Shown: positions 54,148 to 64,000, counted from the first letter of the stretch. The stretch: 64,000 nucleotides of DNA from an uncultured Chloroflexia bacterium (GCA_963828165.1 CAWHDR010000001.1:1728001-1792000), one strand, 5' to 3'. The notes: generated by a model not told the origin, from the letters alone. Made by a program: numbers and translations.

Positions 54148-55757
54148 CCGCCGAACCGGCCGACGTCCTGATCGTCGGCGCCGGAGCCTCGGGCGGGGTC
54201 GTGGCGCTGCGTCTGGCCGAGGCCGGCTTCTCCGTCGTGTGCCTCGAGCAGGGTGGCTGGCTCGACCGCGCGGACTACCCGGGTAACAAGCTCGACTGGG
54301 AGCTGAAGGCTCGCAAGGACTGGGCGACCAGCCCGAACATCCGGGGCCTCGCGGCGGACTACCCGATCGTCGAGGACGACACGCCCGTCTCGCCGCTGAT
54401 GTACAACGCCGTCGGCGGCTCCACGATCATCTTCGCGGGGGCCTGGCCGCGGGCGCTCCCGTCGGACTTCCGTGTCCGTTCGCTGGACGGGGTCGCCGAC
54501 GACTGGCCGATCGACTACTTCGAGCTCCTGCCGTACTTCTACCGGACCGACCGGCAGTTCGGCGTGTCGGGCCTGCCGGGAGATCCGGCCTACCCGCCGG
54601 ACACCGAGGACGCCCCGATGCCGCCGCTCCCCATCGGCGCGGCGGGTCTTCGCGTCGCCCGCGCGCAGACGAAGCTGGGCTGGCACTGGTGGCCGGAGTT
54701 CAATTCGATCAATTCGGCGCCCTATGACGGCCGGCGAGCGTGCGTCCAGCGCAGCACCTGCCAGTCGGGCTGCAACGAGGGCGCCAAGGCGTCGACCGAT
54801 CTGACCCACTGGCCGAAGGCCATCGCCCTGGGCGCCCGGCTGGTCACGGGCGCTCGCGTCCGCCGCATCGAGACCGACGCTTCGGGCCTGGCCACCGGCG
54901 CGACCTGGCTGGACGTGGACGGCGGCGAGCACTTCGAGCCGGCCAGGGTCGTCGTCGTCGCGGCCAACGCGATCGGCACGCCGCGCCTGCTGCTGAACTC
55001 CGCCAGCCCGGGCAACCCCGACGGCCTCGCGAACTCGTCCGGCCTCGTCGGGAAGCGGCTGATGATGCATCCCTTCGCCAACGTCGCCGGGCTCTTCGAG
55101 GAGCCGCTGATGAGCTGGCAGGGCCAGTTCGGCGACCTCATCGAGTCGCTCGAGTTCTACGAGACCGACGAGAAGCGCGGCTTCGTCCGCGGGGCTCGGT
55201 GGGGCCTTGCGCCCACCGGTGGGCCGATCAACACGGCGCTTCCCAGCCGGGCCGGCGAGCAGGCCTGGGGTCCGGATCACCATACCCACGTCAAGAGCCA
55301 TCTCGGCCACGGCGCCAACTGGGGTCTGTTTGCCGAGGACCTGCCCGACGAGGCGAACCACATCACCATCTCGACGACGGTCACCGACTCGTCGGGGATC
55401 CCGGCGCCCGAGGTCCACTACCGGATGTCCGACAACTCGCGCCGGATGCTCGACTTCCATATCGAGCGGGCGAAGGAATCGATGGATGCCGCCGGCGCCT
55501 ACAAGATCGAGGTCGATCGGCTGATGCGCTACTCCGGCTGGCATCTCCTGGGCACGGCGAGGATGGGCGACGACCCGAAGACGTCCGTGCTGGACCGCTG
55601 GAACCGGGCCCACGACGTCGCGAATCTGTACGTGGTCGACGGCTCGTGCTTCGTCACGTCGACGGGCGTGAACCCCACGTCCACGATCGTCGCGATCGCC
55701 CTGCGGGCCGCCGACCACATGATCGAGACCCGCTTCGAGCAGCAGGTGCCGGTATGA
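54144..55757 (+). CDS. GMC-family FAD oxidoreductase
   Basis: VGAGASG, VGGST, C...TC.SGC, NSSGLVG..LMMH, HLLGTARMG, NPTSTI. Confidence 0.92.
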   Translation: MTAEPADVLIVGAGASGGVVALRLAEAGFSVVCLEQGGWLDRADYPGNKLDWELKARKDWATSPNIRGLAADYPIVEDDTPVSPLMYNAVGGSTIIFAGAWPRALPSDFRVRSLDGVADDWPIDYFELLPYFYRTDRQFGVSGLPGDPAYPPDTEDAPMPPLPIGAAGLRVARAQTKLGWHWWPEFNSINSAPYDGRRACVQRSTCQSGCNEGAKASTDLTHWPKAIALGARLVTGARVRRIETDASGLATGATWLDVDGGEHFEPARVVVVAANAIGTPRLLLNSASPGNPDGLANSSGLVGKRLMMHPFANVAGLFEEPLMSWQGQFGDLIESLEFYETDEKRGFVRGARWGLAPTGGPINTALPSRAGEQAWGPDHHTHVKSHLGHGANWGLFAEDLPDEANHITISTTVTDSSGIPAPEVHYRMSDNSRRMLDFHIERAKESMDAAGAYKIEVDRLMRYSGWHLLGTARMGDDPKTSVLDRWNRAHDVANLYVVDGSCFVTSTGVNPTSTIVAIALRAADHMIETRFEQQVPV

Positions 55758-56359
55758 CCGCCGGGGCCGAGCAGACCGGAGCGCCGACCGACCTGACCGG
55801 CGGCATGCCGGCGACGGACGGCGCGGGCGAGCGGACGATCCTCAGCGCCGAGGAGCGCGCCACGTTCATGGCGATCGCCGACCACCTCATCCCGGCCGCG
55901 CACGGGATGCCGTCGGCGGCCGAGATCGTCACCGACGAACGGCTCCAGTTCGTGCTTCGCTCGAGGCCGGACCTCGGCGAGCCGCTCAAGGCCGCCCTCC
56001 GGACGGAGCTCGGCTCGGACGTGGCGGATCGCCTGGCCAAGCTCGCAGACGAGCCGACCAACCTGGCGGCGGCGCAGCTGACCATCGTCGCCGGCTACTA
56101 CACGGACAAGCGCGTTCGCGAGCTGATCGGCTATCCGGGTCAGATGGCGCTCGAGATCCGATCGTGGGAATACCCGGTCTATCTCGAAGAAGGGCTGATC
56201 GACGCCATGCTCGCTCGCGGGCCGGTGTGGCGTGACCCGGCGACCGGGCAACGGGCCGTTGCCACGGGCGCGCCGCGGACCTACGCAGAACGCTGGTCGG
56301 ATGCGAAGACGGACGCGACGTCGTCCGAAGGAGGAACCGATGGCCGCGATCGCCCCTGA
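55754..56359 (+). CDS. Gluconate-2-dehydrogenase subunit-3-like partner of the GMC enzyme
   Basis: ADHLIP...MPSA and GYY....IGYPG motifs; ATGA overlap. Confidence 0.7.
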   Translation: MTAGAEQTGAPTDLTGGMPATDGAGERTILSAEERATFMAIADHLIPAAHGMPSAAEIVTDERLQFVLRSRPDLGEPLKAALRTELGSDVADRLAKLADEPTNLAAAQLTIVAGYYTDKRVRELIGYPGQMALEIRSWEYPVYLEEGLIDAMLARGPVWRDPATGQRAVATGAPRTYAERWSDAKTDATSSEGGTDGRDRP

Positions 56360-57818
56360 CGCCACGGAGTCCGCGACACCGCGCTGGCTCGGGTCCTTCC
56401 TCGAAACGTGGGAGCCCGGCACGGGCGCCCCGATCGAGGACCGCGAGCCGGCGACCGGCCGGCATCTCGCGACCATCCCGGGCTCCACGCCCGACGATGT
56501 CGCGCGCGCGGCCGAGGCGGCGAAGGCCGCCCAGCCCGCCTGGGCCGCGACGAGCTACCAGGAACGGGCCCGCGTCCTGCGCCGGGCGGCCGAGATCTAC
56601 GAGGCGAACCGCGACGAGTTCGGGACGTGGACGCAGCGCGAGACCGGCGCGTCCCACAGCAAGATGCACCACGAGTCGAACTTCGCCTACCACGAGATCC
56701 TGAACGCGGCCACCCTGCCGTCGCAGGCCTACGGCTCCTTGATGCCCTCCGCGGTGAAAGGCCGCCTGTCGATGGTCCGCCGCGTACCCGCGGGCGTCAT
56801 CGGCGCGATCACGCCATGGAATTCCCCGTCCGTCCTCGGGATGCGCGTCGTTGCTCCGGCGCTCGCGCTCGGCAATGCGGTCGTGCTCAAGCCCGATCCG
56901 CAGACACCGGTCGTGGGCGGCGCGATGTTCGCGGCGGTCTTCCGAGAGGCGGGGCTGCCCGAGGGCCTGCTCCAGGTCGTGGTCGGCGGCGCGGACGTCG
57001 GCGAGGCGCTGGTCACCGACCCGAACATCCCGGTCGTGTCGTTCACGGGGTCGACGGCCGTCGGGCGGCGGGTCGGCCAGCTGGCCGGCGGCATGTTGAA
57101 GAAGGTGTCGCTGGAGCTCGGGGGGAACAACGCGTTCATCGTGCTCGACGACGCGGATCTCGACGCCGCGACGTCCGCGGGCGCGTTCGCGGCATTCCAG
57201 TTCCAGGGCCAGGTCTGTTTCGCCGCGGGACGTCACCTCGTCGACCGCAGGCTCGCGGACGACTACACCGGTGTCCTGACCGAGAAGGCGAAGCGCCTGC
57301 GGACCGGCGACCCGTTCCGCGAGGACGTGCAGCTGGGGCCGATCGTGAATGAGCGGCAGATCGCCCGCGTCGATGACATCGTCCAGCGCTCGATCGCCGC
57401 GGGCGCCGTCGTCTCCGAGGGCGCCACCCGCGAAGGCCTGTTCTATCGACCGACCGTGCTCACGTCGGTCACGCCGGACATGGCCGCGTTCACCGACGAG
57501 ATCTTCGGCCCGGTGGCGCCGATCACGGTCTTCGACAGCGACGACGAGGCGATCGAGCTTGCCAACGCGAGCTCGTACGGCCTCGTGGCGTCGATCTACA
57601 CACGCTCCCTCGGTCGCGGCCTGGCGATGGCCGACCGGATGCGGACCGGCATGGTCCACATCAATGACGGCACGCTCAACGACGAGGCGATCATCCCGTT
57701 CGGCGGGATGGGCGATTCCGGCAACGGCAGCCGCTACGGGGGAGAGGCGAGCCTCGACACGTTCACCGAATGGCAATGGGTCACGGTGCGCGACGAGCCG
57801 CCGACGTTCCCGTTCTGA
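56340..57818 (+). CDS. Aldehyde dehydrogenase (benzaldehyde/vanillin dehydrogenase-like)
   Basis: ITPWN, FTGST, LELGGN, GQVC, EIFGP, PFGG; GGAGG RBS. Confidence 0.92.
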   Translation: MAAIAPDATESATPRWLGSFLETWEPGTGAPIEDREPATGRHLATIPGSTPDDVARAAEAAKAAQPAWAATSYQERARVLRRAAEIYEANRDEFGTWTQRETGASHSKMHHESNFAYHEILNAATLPSQAYGSLMPSAVKGRLSMVRRVPAGVIGAITPWNSPSVLGMRVVAPALALGNAVVLKPDPQTPVVGGAMFAAVFREAGLPEGLLQVVVGGADVGEALVTDPNIPVVSFTGSTAVGRRVGQLAGGMLKKVSLELGGNNAFIVLDDADLDAATSAGAFAAFQFQGQVCFAAGRHLVDRRLADDYTGVLTEKAKRLRTGDPFREDVQLGPIVNERQIARVDDIVQRSIAAGAVVSEGATREGLFYRPTVLTSVTPDMAAFTDEIFGPVAPITVFDSDDEAIELANASSYGLVASIYTRSLGRGLAMADRMRTGMVHINDGTLNDEAIIPFGGMGDSGNGSRYGGEASLDTFTEWQWVTVRDEPPTFPF

Positions 57819-57829
57819 GCGCGATCGAC

Positions 57830-58894
57830 ATGGCATCGATCACCGACGTCGCCAGGCTGGCCGGGGTCTCCACGGCCACGGTCTCAAGGGTCGTCTCGTC
57901 CGCGCCGTACGCCGTCAGCGACGGCACACGCAAGCGGGTCCTGGACGCGGCGCGCGCGCTCGACTACGTCCCGAACGCGCTGGCACGCGGCCTGCACAAG
58001 AGCCACGTGCCGGTCGTCGGCGTCATCGTCCACGACATCACGGACCCGTACTTCGCCGAGGTCGTGCGCGGCGTCGAGGACGCGGCGTCGGTCGGTGGTT
58101 TTCTGGTCGTCACCTGCAGCTCGGACCGGATCGCGGAGCGTGAGCTCTCGTATGTGCGGCTGCTTCGATCGATGCGTGCGGCGACCGTCATCTTTGCGGG
58201 CAGCGGCCTGACCGATCCGGTGCTCAACGCGGAAGTGGCCCGGCACGTGGCCGCGATGCGCGGGTATGGCGCAGCCGTCGTGCATCTCTCGCCGCATGCC
58301 GCAGGGAACGCCGACATCGGCGTGGACAATGCCGCCGGGATCGCGGGGATGGTCGCCGCCTTGGTGGAGCTGGGCCATCGCCGCATCGCGTTCCTCGCCG
58401 GCCCGGCCTCGCTGTACGTGTCGCTCCGCCGGCAGGAGGGCTACCGCCGCGGCCTCGCCGAGGCCGGCATCGCCTACGACGAGCGACTGGTCGTGAGCAC
58501 TGAGTTCAACCAGGACGGGGGCTCCCTTGGCATCGATGCGCTGCTCGCGGGCGAGGCGCCATTCACGGCGGTCTGCGCGGCCAACGACCTGCTGGCGCTC
58601 GGGGCGATGGAGCGGCTGGGCGCCGTGGGCATCGACGTTCCGAGGGAGGTCTCCGTCGCCGGGTTCGACGACATCCAGATCGCGGCGATGGCCACGCCCG
58701 GCCTGTCCACGGTGCGGCTCCCCCTGCACGAGATCGGTCGTCGCGCGTTCGGCTTCGCGGAGAGCCTGCTTGCCGGGGGAGAGCCCAAAGGCGAGGTGCT
58801 CCCGACCGAGCTCGTCATGCGCGGATCGACCGCGCCGCCGCCTGACAGCCCGGTCGAGCGGCGCGAACGCGGCACCCCCGTCGTGGTCGGCTGA
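57830..58894 (+). CDS. LacI-family transcriptional regulator
   Basis: ITDVARLAGVSTATVSR HTH, YVPN..ARGL, GFDD. Confidence 0.95.
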   Translation: MASITDVARLAGVSTATVSRVVSSAPYAVSDGTRKRVLDAARALDYVPNALARGLHKSHVPVVGVIVHDITDPYFAEVVRGVEDAASVGGFLVVTCSSDRIAERELSYVRLLRSMRAATVIFAGSGLTDPVLNAEVARHVAAMRGYGAAVVHLSPHAAGNADIGVDNAAGIAGMVAALVELGHRRIAFLAGPASLYVSLRRQEGYRRGLAEAGIAYDERLVVSTEFNQDGGSLGIDALLAGEAPFTAVCAANDLLALGAMERLGAVGIDVPREVSVAGFDDIQIAAMATPGLSTVRLPLHEIGRRAFGFAESLLAGGEPKGEVLPTELVMRGSTAPPPDSPVERRERGTPVVVG

Positions 58895-59649
58895 TGGCCG
58901 GAGCGCTGGCGGGTCGGGTCGTCCTGATCACCGGGAGCAGCCGCGGCATCGGTGCCGAGGTGGCCGTGAAGGCCGCCGCCGAAGGCGCGTCGGTTGCCGT
59001 CCACTACCACCGCTCGGAGGACGGCGCCAAGGACACCCTTGCGCAGGTCCGCGACGCCGGCGCCGATGGCGCGATCTTCGACGCCGACGTGGCCGACGGC
59101 CGGCAGGCGGGTCAGCTGGTCGAGCGGGTGATCGCCCACTTCGGGCGGGTGGACGGCCTGGTCAACAACGCCGGTCTGACGCAGGTGGGTCCGTTCCTCG
59201 AGATCGAGCCAGAGCAATGGGACGAGGTGATCCGGACCGACCTCACCGCCGCGTTCCACACCTGTCAGGCCGTGCTGCCGTCCATGGTCGAGCGGGGCAG
59301 CGGCACCATCGTCAACATCGCCTCGCGCCTGGGCCAGATGGGGGTCCCCGAGACCGCCGCCTATAGCGCCGCGAAGGCCGGCCTGATCGGGCTCACCCGT
59401 GCCCTCGGCCGCGAATTCGGCCCGCACGGCATCCGCGTGAATGCCGTGGCGCCCGGCGTGACGATCACCGAGATGACGACCGACCTCGTCGACAGCGAGG
59501 CGGGCCGGCAACGGCTGCGTGACATGCCGTTGGGCCGCTTCGGGCGCGCGGACGAGGTGGCGGACACGGTCATCTTCCTGCTGTCCGATGCCTCCAGCCT
59601 GTTCCTCGGGCAGACCCTCAACCCGAATGCCGGGGGCTACATGCCGTGA
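58894..59649 (+). CDS. SDR oxidoreductase (FabG-like)
   Basis: TGSSRGIG, NNAG, YSAAK. Confidence 0.9.
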   Translation: MAGALAGRVVLITGSSRGIGAEVAVKAAAEGASVAVHYHRSEDGAKDTLAQVRDAGADGAIFDADVADGRQAGQLVERVIAHFGRVDGLVNNAGLTQVGPFLEIEPEQWDEVIRTDLTAAFHTCQAVLPSMVERGSGTIVNIASRLGQMGVPETAAYSAAKAGLIGLTRALGREFGPHGIRVNAVAPGVTITEMTTDLVDSEAGRQRLRDMPLGRFGRADEVADTVIFLLSDASSLFLGQTLNPNAGGYMP

Positions 59650-61205
59650 CCAAGATCATCGACGTCCGGGAGGCAGTCGGCTGCGTCAAGGACGGCAGCA
59701 CGGTCGTGATCGGCGGCTCCGGCGCGGGCCACGCCTTGCCGCAACGCTTCATCGACGAGCTGGCTGCGGTCTATGCCGCCGAGGGCCGGCCGCGCGACCT
59801 CACCACGGTCCGCGTCGTGGGCATCGGCGATTTCGCGGACCGCGGGTTCTCGCAGCTCGGCCTGCCGGGCCTCATGCGACGCACGATCGGCAGCAACATC
59901 GGGAACGAGCCTCGCCTCGGCGCGCTCGTGGAGGCGGACGAGATCGAGTCCTACTCGTTCCCGCAGGGCGTGCTGTCGCAGCTGATGCGCGAGATCGCGG
60001 GCGGACGGCCGGGCCTCGTGACCCAGGTCGGCCTGGGCACGTACGTCGACCCGCGCCAGACCGGCGGCAAGCAGAACGCGTCCACGACGGACGACCTCGT
60101 CGAGGTCGTCACGCTGCGTGGCCGCGAGTGGCTCCTCTATCACGCGTTCCCGATCGACGTCGCCGTCATCCGGGGCACGACCGCCGACGAGGACGGCAAC
60201 ATCACGATGGAGGGCGAGGCCGTCCAGGGCGAGATGCTCGCCATGGCCATGGCCGCTCGCAACAGCGGCGGCATCGTCATCGCGCAGGTCCGCCAGCTCG
60301 CGACCCGCGGCAGCCTGCGGATGCGCGACGTGAAGGTGCCGGCGGCACTGGTCGACCACGTCTACGTCGATCCCGATCAATGGCAGACCTACATCACCCA
60401 GGACTCGCCGTACTACTCGGGCGCGGCTCGCCGGCCGGTCCGGCCGGAGCCGCCACTGCCGCTCGACGTCCGCAAGGTCATCGCCCGGCGCTCGCTGCTC
60501 GAATTCCCGCGCGGGGCCATCTGCAATCTCGGTTTCGGGATCAGCCAGCTCATCGGCCGCGTCGCCTGGGAGGAGGGCATCACCGATCAGCTGGTGCTGA
60601 CCGTCGAGCAGGGCATCTTCGGCGGCGTGCCTGTCGCGGGGAACGAGGGCGGTGCCGGCTTCAACTACCAGGCGATGATCGACCAGCCGTACATGTTCGA
60701 CTTCTACGACGGTGGCGGCCTCGACGTCGCCAGCCTGTCCTTCGCGGAGGTGGACCAGGAGGGCAACGTCAATGTCCACGCGTTCGAGGGGCGGGTTCGC
60801 GGGCCGGGCGGCTTCCCCAACATCAGCGCACGGACGGGCAAGATCAATTTCGTCGGGACGCTGACCGCGCGGGGCCTCGAGATCGAGATCGACGGCGGGG
60901 TGCGGATCGCGACCGAGGGCAGCCTCGGCAAGTTCGTGCCGAAGGTCCGCGAGATCTCGTTCAACGCCCGGCTCGCGCGCGAGCGCGGGCAGCAGGTCCG
61001 CTACATCACCGAACGCGCGGTGTTCGCGCTCGAGGACGACGGGCTGGTGCTCATCGAGGTCGCACCCGGCATCGACATGGAACGTGATGTCCTCGGTCAG
61101 ATGGGCTTCGTGCCCCGGGTGGCCGAGGACGTGCGGCCGATGGACCCGCGGATCTACGCGACCGGACCGATGGGCCTCGCGGCCGATCTCGGGGCTGGCT
61201 CGTGA
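59646..61205 (+). CDS. Family I CoA transferase (YdiF/Pct-like fused type)
   Basis: PQG, VGLGTYVDPR, NLGFG, catalytic TVEQG, GGFPNIS, YITER. Confidence 0.9.
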   Translation: MTKIIDVREAVGCVKDGSTVVIGGSGAGHALPQRFIDELAAVYAAEGRPRDLTTVRVVGIGDFADRGFSQLGLPGLMRRTIGSNIGNEPRLGALVEADEIESYSFPQGVLSQLMREIAGGRPGLVTQVGLGTYVDPRQTGGKQNASTTDDLVEVVTLRGREWLLYHAFPIDVAVIRGTTADEDGNITMEGEAVQGEMLAMAMAARNSGGIVIAQVRQLATRGSLRMRDVKVPAALVDHVYVDPDQWQTYITQDSPYYSGAARRPVRPEPPLPLDVRKVIARRSLLEFPRGAICNLGFGISQLIGRVAWEEGITDQLVLTVEQGIFGGVPVAGNEGGAGFNYQAMIDQPYMFDFYDGGGLDVASLSFAEVDQEGNVNVHAFEGRVRGPGGFPNISARTGKINFVGTLTARGLEIEIDGGVRIATEGSLGKFVPKVREISFNARLARERGQQVRYITERAVFALEDDGLVLIEVAPGIDMERDVLGQMGFVPRVAEDVRPMDPRIYATGPMGLAADLGAGS

Positions 61206-61984
61206 CCGAACCGCTCATCGACCTCCAGATGGGACGGGTCGCGCGGCTGACGCTCGTCAACCCGCCACTCAACCTCGTGACGCGCGAGTTGCTGGAGGCG
61301 TTCGGGGCGGCACTCGACGCGCTGGAGGCCGCCGAGCCCGGCGACGTCCGGGCCGTCGTCGTGACCGGGACCGGCGAGCGGGCCTTCTCCGCGGGCTCGC
61401 ACGTCGGCGAGTTCGAGAGCCAGCGCGGCCCTGCCGGGCGCGCGCGGCACGAGCTGGAGTCGGGCGTCGCACGGCGGCTGGCCGAGCTGCCGATGCCGAC
61501 CATTGCCGGGATCGAGGGCAACGCCCTGGGCGGCGGGCTCGAGCTCGCCCTGTGCTGCGACCTTCGGATCGCGTCCGAACGCGCCCGGCTCGGGCTGCCG
61601 GAGGTGCGCCTCGCAGTCACACCGGGGGCCGGCGGTACGCAACGCCTGCCGCGGGTGGTCGGAGCCGCGCGGGCCAAGGAGCTGATCCTGACCGGCCGGG
61701 TCCTGAGCGCCGCCGAAGCCGAGCGCATCGGCCTCGTCAATGAGGTCGTGCCGGCCGGCGAGGCCGTTGCCCGAGCCACGGCGATCGGCGAGGAGATCGC
61801 CCTGCGCGGCCCCCTCGCCGTGCGCGAGGCGAAGCGCCTCATCGACCAGGCCACGGAGCTCGACCTGGACGCCGGCCTGGCCGCCGAGCTGGACGCGTCC
61901 GACCGGATCTTCGCGACCGACGACATGCTCGAGGGCGCCGATGCGTTCTTCGCCAAGCGCGACCCGGACTACCGCGGCCGATGA
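61202..61984 (+). CDS. Enoyl-CoA hydratase/isomerase
   Basis: AFSAG, ALGGGLELAL.CD, LPE, GGTQRL. Confidence 0.92.
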   Translation: MTEPLIDLQMGRVARLTLVNPPLNLVTRELLEAFGAALDALEAAEPGDVRAVVVTGTGERAFSAGSHVGEFESQRGPAGRARHELESGVARRLAELPMPTIAGIEGNALGGGLELALCCDLRIASERARLGLPEVRLAVTPGAGGTQRLPRVVGAARAKELILTGRVLSAAEAERIGLVNEVVPAGEAVARATAIGEEIALRGPLAVREAKRLIDQATELDLDAGLAAELDASDRIFATDDMLEGADAFFAKRDPDYRGR

Positions 61985-62017
61985 GGCCGCTCCCCATCAC
62001 TCGGAGGTGGCTCGTTC

Positions 62018-63082
62018 ATGGCTGACGTGGGCCGATTCGGCGTCTTCCTGCCGTCGTACATCTGGGAGGGCGACGGACCGGAGCGCGCTCGCGGCATCAA
62101 GGACTTCGCCCGCACGGTCGAGGACCTGGGCTTCGATTCGCTGTTCATCACCGACCACCTGCTGGTCGGCAAGCGCTTCTACTCGGTCAACTGGCTCGAA
62201 CCCCTGACCACCCTGGCGGTGGCGGCGGGTGCGACGGAGCGGGTGCGACTCGGTACGTCGGTCCTCGTGATGCCGCTGCGCAACCCCGTGATCCTCGCCA
62301 AGGAGCTGGCGACCCTCCAGTTCCTCAGTGACAACCGGGTCATCCTCGGCGCCGGGGTCGGCTGGAACGATGCCGAGTACGAGGCCGTCGGCGTCCACAA
62401 GTCGGAGCGAGGCAAGCGCACTGACGAGATGCTCGACATCATGATGCCGCTGCTCGAGGGCGAGCGCGTCACCTACCATGGCCAGTTCTACACGGTCGAC
62501 GACGTGTTCATCGAGCCGCGCACGACACAGCGCCCCCTGCTCTGGATCGGCGGCGGCTCGCAGCTCGCCTCGCCCAAGTCACCGGACCTGCCGAAGTTCG
62601 TCGAGTCGGTCAAGCGCAGGACCGTCCGCTCCGACGGCTGGATCCCGCGGCCGACGTGCCCGCCACCCGACATCGCCCGCGACTGGTTGGAGCTGCAGGC
62701 CGCGATGCGCGAGTCCGGCAAGGACCCGAGCGAGACGCTCGTTGCCCACGAGAACTTCCTGCACCTGGTCATGACCGACGACCCGGCCGAGGCTCGCCGC
62801 CAACAGCACGAGGCGTTCCTCAAGGTCATGAGCGCGGAACGCGGGCCCGAATACCTTGAGTCGGTCTACCTGTTCGGGACACCGGATGAGATCGTGGCCT
62901 CCCTCCAGGCTCGCGTGGACGCCGGCGTCGAGTACTTCTTCCTGCACACGATGACCCCCGACCCGGCGCAGCTCCAGCTGTGGGTCGACCACATCATCCC
63001 GAACGTCACGTTCCCGGCGACCGCTGGCCCGGTCCGTCGGCCTCCGACGCCGTGGCGGCGCTCGGCCGCCGCCATCGGATGA
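62018..63082 (+). CDS. Luciferase-like (LLM) oxidoreductase, possibly F420-dependent
   Basis: GFDSL..TDH, T.RVRLGT.VLV.PLRNP..LAK..ATL. Confidence 0.88.
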   Translation: MADVGRFGVFLPSYIWEGDGPERARGIKDFARTVEDLGFDSLFITDHLLVGKRFYSVNWLEPLTTLAVAAGATERVRLGTSVLVMPLRNPVILAKELATLQFLSDNRVILGAGVGWNDAEYEAVGVHKSERGKRTDEMLDIMMPLLEGERVTYHGQFYTVDDVFIEPRTTQRPLLWIGGGSQLASPKSPDLPKFVESVKRRTVRSDGWIPRPTCPPPDIARDWLELQAAMRESGKDPSETLVAHENFLHLVMTDDPAEARRQQHEAFLKVMSAERGPEYLESVYLFGTPDEIVASLQARVDAGVEYFFLHTMTPDPAQLQLWVDHIIPNVTFPATAGPVRRPPTPWRRSAAAIG

Positions 63083-63086
63083 TCCG

Positions 63087-63941
63087 ATGACCCGTCGGGT
63101 CGGCCTCATCGGGAAGCCGCTCAAGCGCCGCCACTCGCAGGTCATGCATGACGCCGCGTTCGACGCGGCCGGCATCGATGCGCGCTACGTCCTGCTCGAA
63201 GTGGAGCCCGAGGCGGTCGAGCCGGCCGTCCAGGAAGCGCGCGGCGAGGGCTGGCTCGGGCTTGGCGTGACCGCGCCGTACAAACGCGTCGTCGCCGGCC
63301 TCGTCGACACCGTCGAGGACGACGCCGAGCGGATCGGCGCGGTCAACAACGTCGTCCGCGAGGACGACGGTCGGCTGATCGGCATCAACACCGATGCGCC
63401 GGGATTCCGGGCCGGGGCCGAGCTTGCGATGGGGCGATCGCTCTCGGGCGCTACCGTCGTCGTGGTGGGTGCGGGCGGCGCAGCGCACGCGGTCGTGTAT
63501 GCCTGCCTCGACGCCGGCGCGCGCTGGGTGACGATCGCAAATCGCACCGATTCGACCGCGAAGGCCCTCGCCGATCGCTTCCTCGGCGTCGGGCAGGGGA
63601 GTGTGGCCATCCCTTCATCGGGACTCGTCTTCGAGGCGGCGCTCGCGGGGGCCGACCTGGCCGTCAATGCGACGACCGTCGGCATGCTCGATCCCGGCAT
63701 GACGATCCCGGTCGAGCTCCTGCCGGATTCGGCGACCGTGTTCGATCTCGTCTACGTGCCGGCCGAGACCCCGCTCGTCGCCGCGGCCCGGGCTCGCGGT
63801 CTGCGGGCGGCCAACGGGTCGGAGATGCTCATCGCCCAGGCCGCGATCGCCTTCCAGCGATGGACGGGGGTAGGCGGCATGGCCGACGTCATGCGCACGG
63901 CCGTGGCGCCGCTCCTCGCCGACCCCACGGTCCGGGCCTGA
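63087..63941 (+). CDS. Shikimate/quinate dehydrogenase-family protein
   Basis: VTAPYK, IGAVN, NTD, GAGGAA, NRT, DLVY.P.ET, MLIAQA. Confidence 0.88.
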   Translation: MTRRVGLIGKPLKRRHSQVMHDAAFDAAGIDARYVLLEVEPEAVEPAVQEARGEGWLGLGVTAPYKRVVAGLVDTVEDDAERIGAVNNVVREDDGRLIGINTDAPGFRAGAELAMGRSLSGATVVVVGAGGAAHAVVYACLDAGARWVTIANRTDSTAKALADRFLGVGQGSVAIPSSGLVFEAALAGADLAVNATTVGMLDPGMTIPVELLPDSATVFDLVYVPAETPLVAAARARGLRAANGSEMLIAQAAIAFQRWTGVGGMADVMRTAVAPLLADPTVRA

Positions 63942-63945
63942 CGCC

Positions 63946-64000
63946 GTGCGCCTGGCCACCATCCTCGTCGAAGGGCGGCCGCAGGCGGCCGTGGTGCGCG
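63946..64000 (+). CDS. Partial CDS, possibly fumarylacetoacetate-hydrolase family
   Basis: GTG start 4 nt after the previous stop; MRLATILVEGRPQAAVVR runs off the window. Confidence 0.4.
   Translation, partial: MRLATILVEGRPQAAVVR

Overview
High-GC bacterial chromosome segment; gene repertoire and style suggest a Chloroflexota (Limnocylindria-like) or actinobacterial-like organism (inference only). Left part (1-41.7 kb) is mostly housekeeping: an SbcD/SbcC-like (YhaO/YhaN-type) nuclease pair, transporters, a PDZ-containing two-component system, corA, citrate synthase, a pentose phosphate cluster (tkt-rpiB-pgi-gnd-zwf-opcA-pgl), peptidases, psuG with a PfkB kinase, a Tat amidase, pyrG and transaldolase. 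A probable 6S RNA with a sigma70 promoter and upstream DnaA-box-like motifs lies at ~6.44-6.74 kb. Right part (41.7-64 kb) is an unassigned catabolic island: a phenylphosphate-synthase-alpha/CreH-like phospho-His protein, a three-subunit xanthine-dehydrogenase-family Mo enzyme, a PPDK N-terminal half fused to a wHTH-like domain, then MBL hydrolase, SDRs, a DHDPS-family lyase, GMC oxidoreductase plus small subunit, aldehyde dehydrogenase, LacI (with a candidate operator), CoA transferase, enoyl-CoA hydratase, LLM oxidoreductase and a divergent shikimate dehydrogenase. Inside this island, ~1.4 kb of ORFan genes is punctuated by a family of related, covarying hairpin repeats that resembles a gene-cassette array with non-canonical sites. 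Window-wide patterns: many apparently leaderless genes, several coupled genes that appear to need CTG/ATA starts, and three single-base frameshifts. No rRNA, tRNA, CRISPR array, transposase or integrase was seen.
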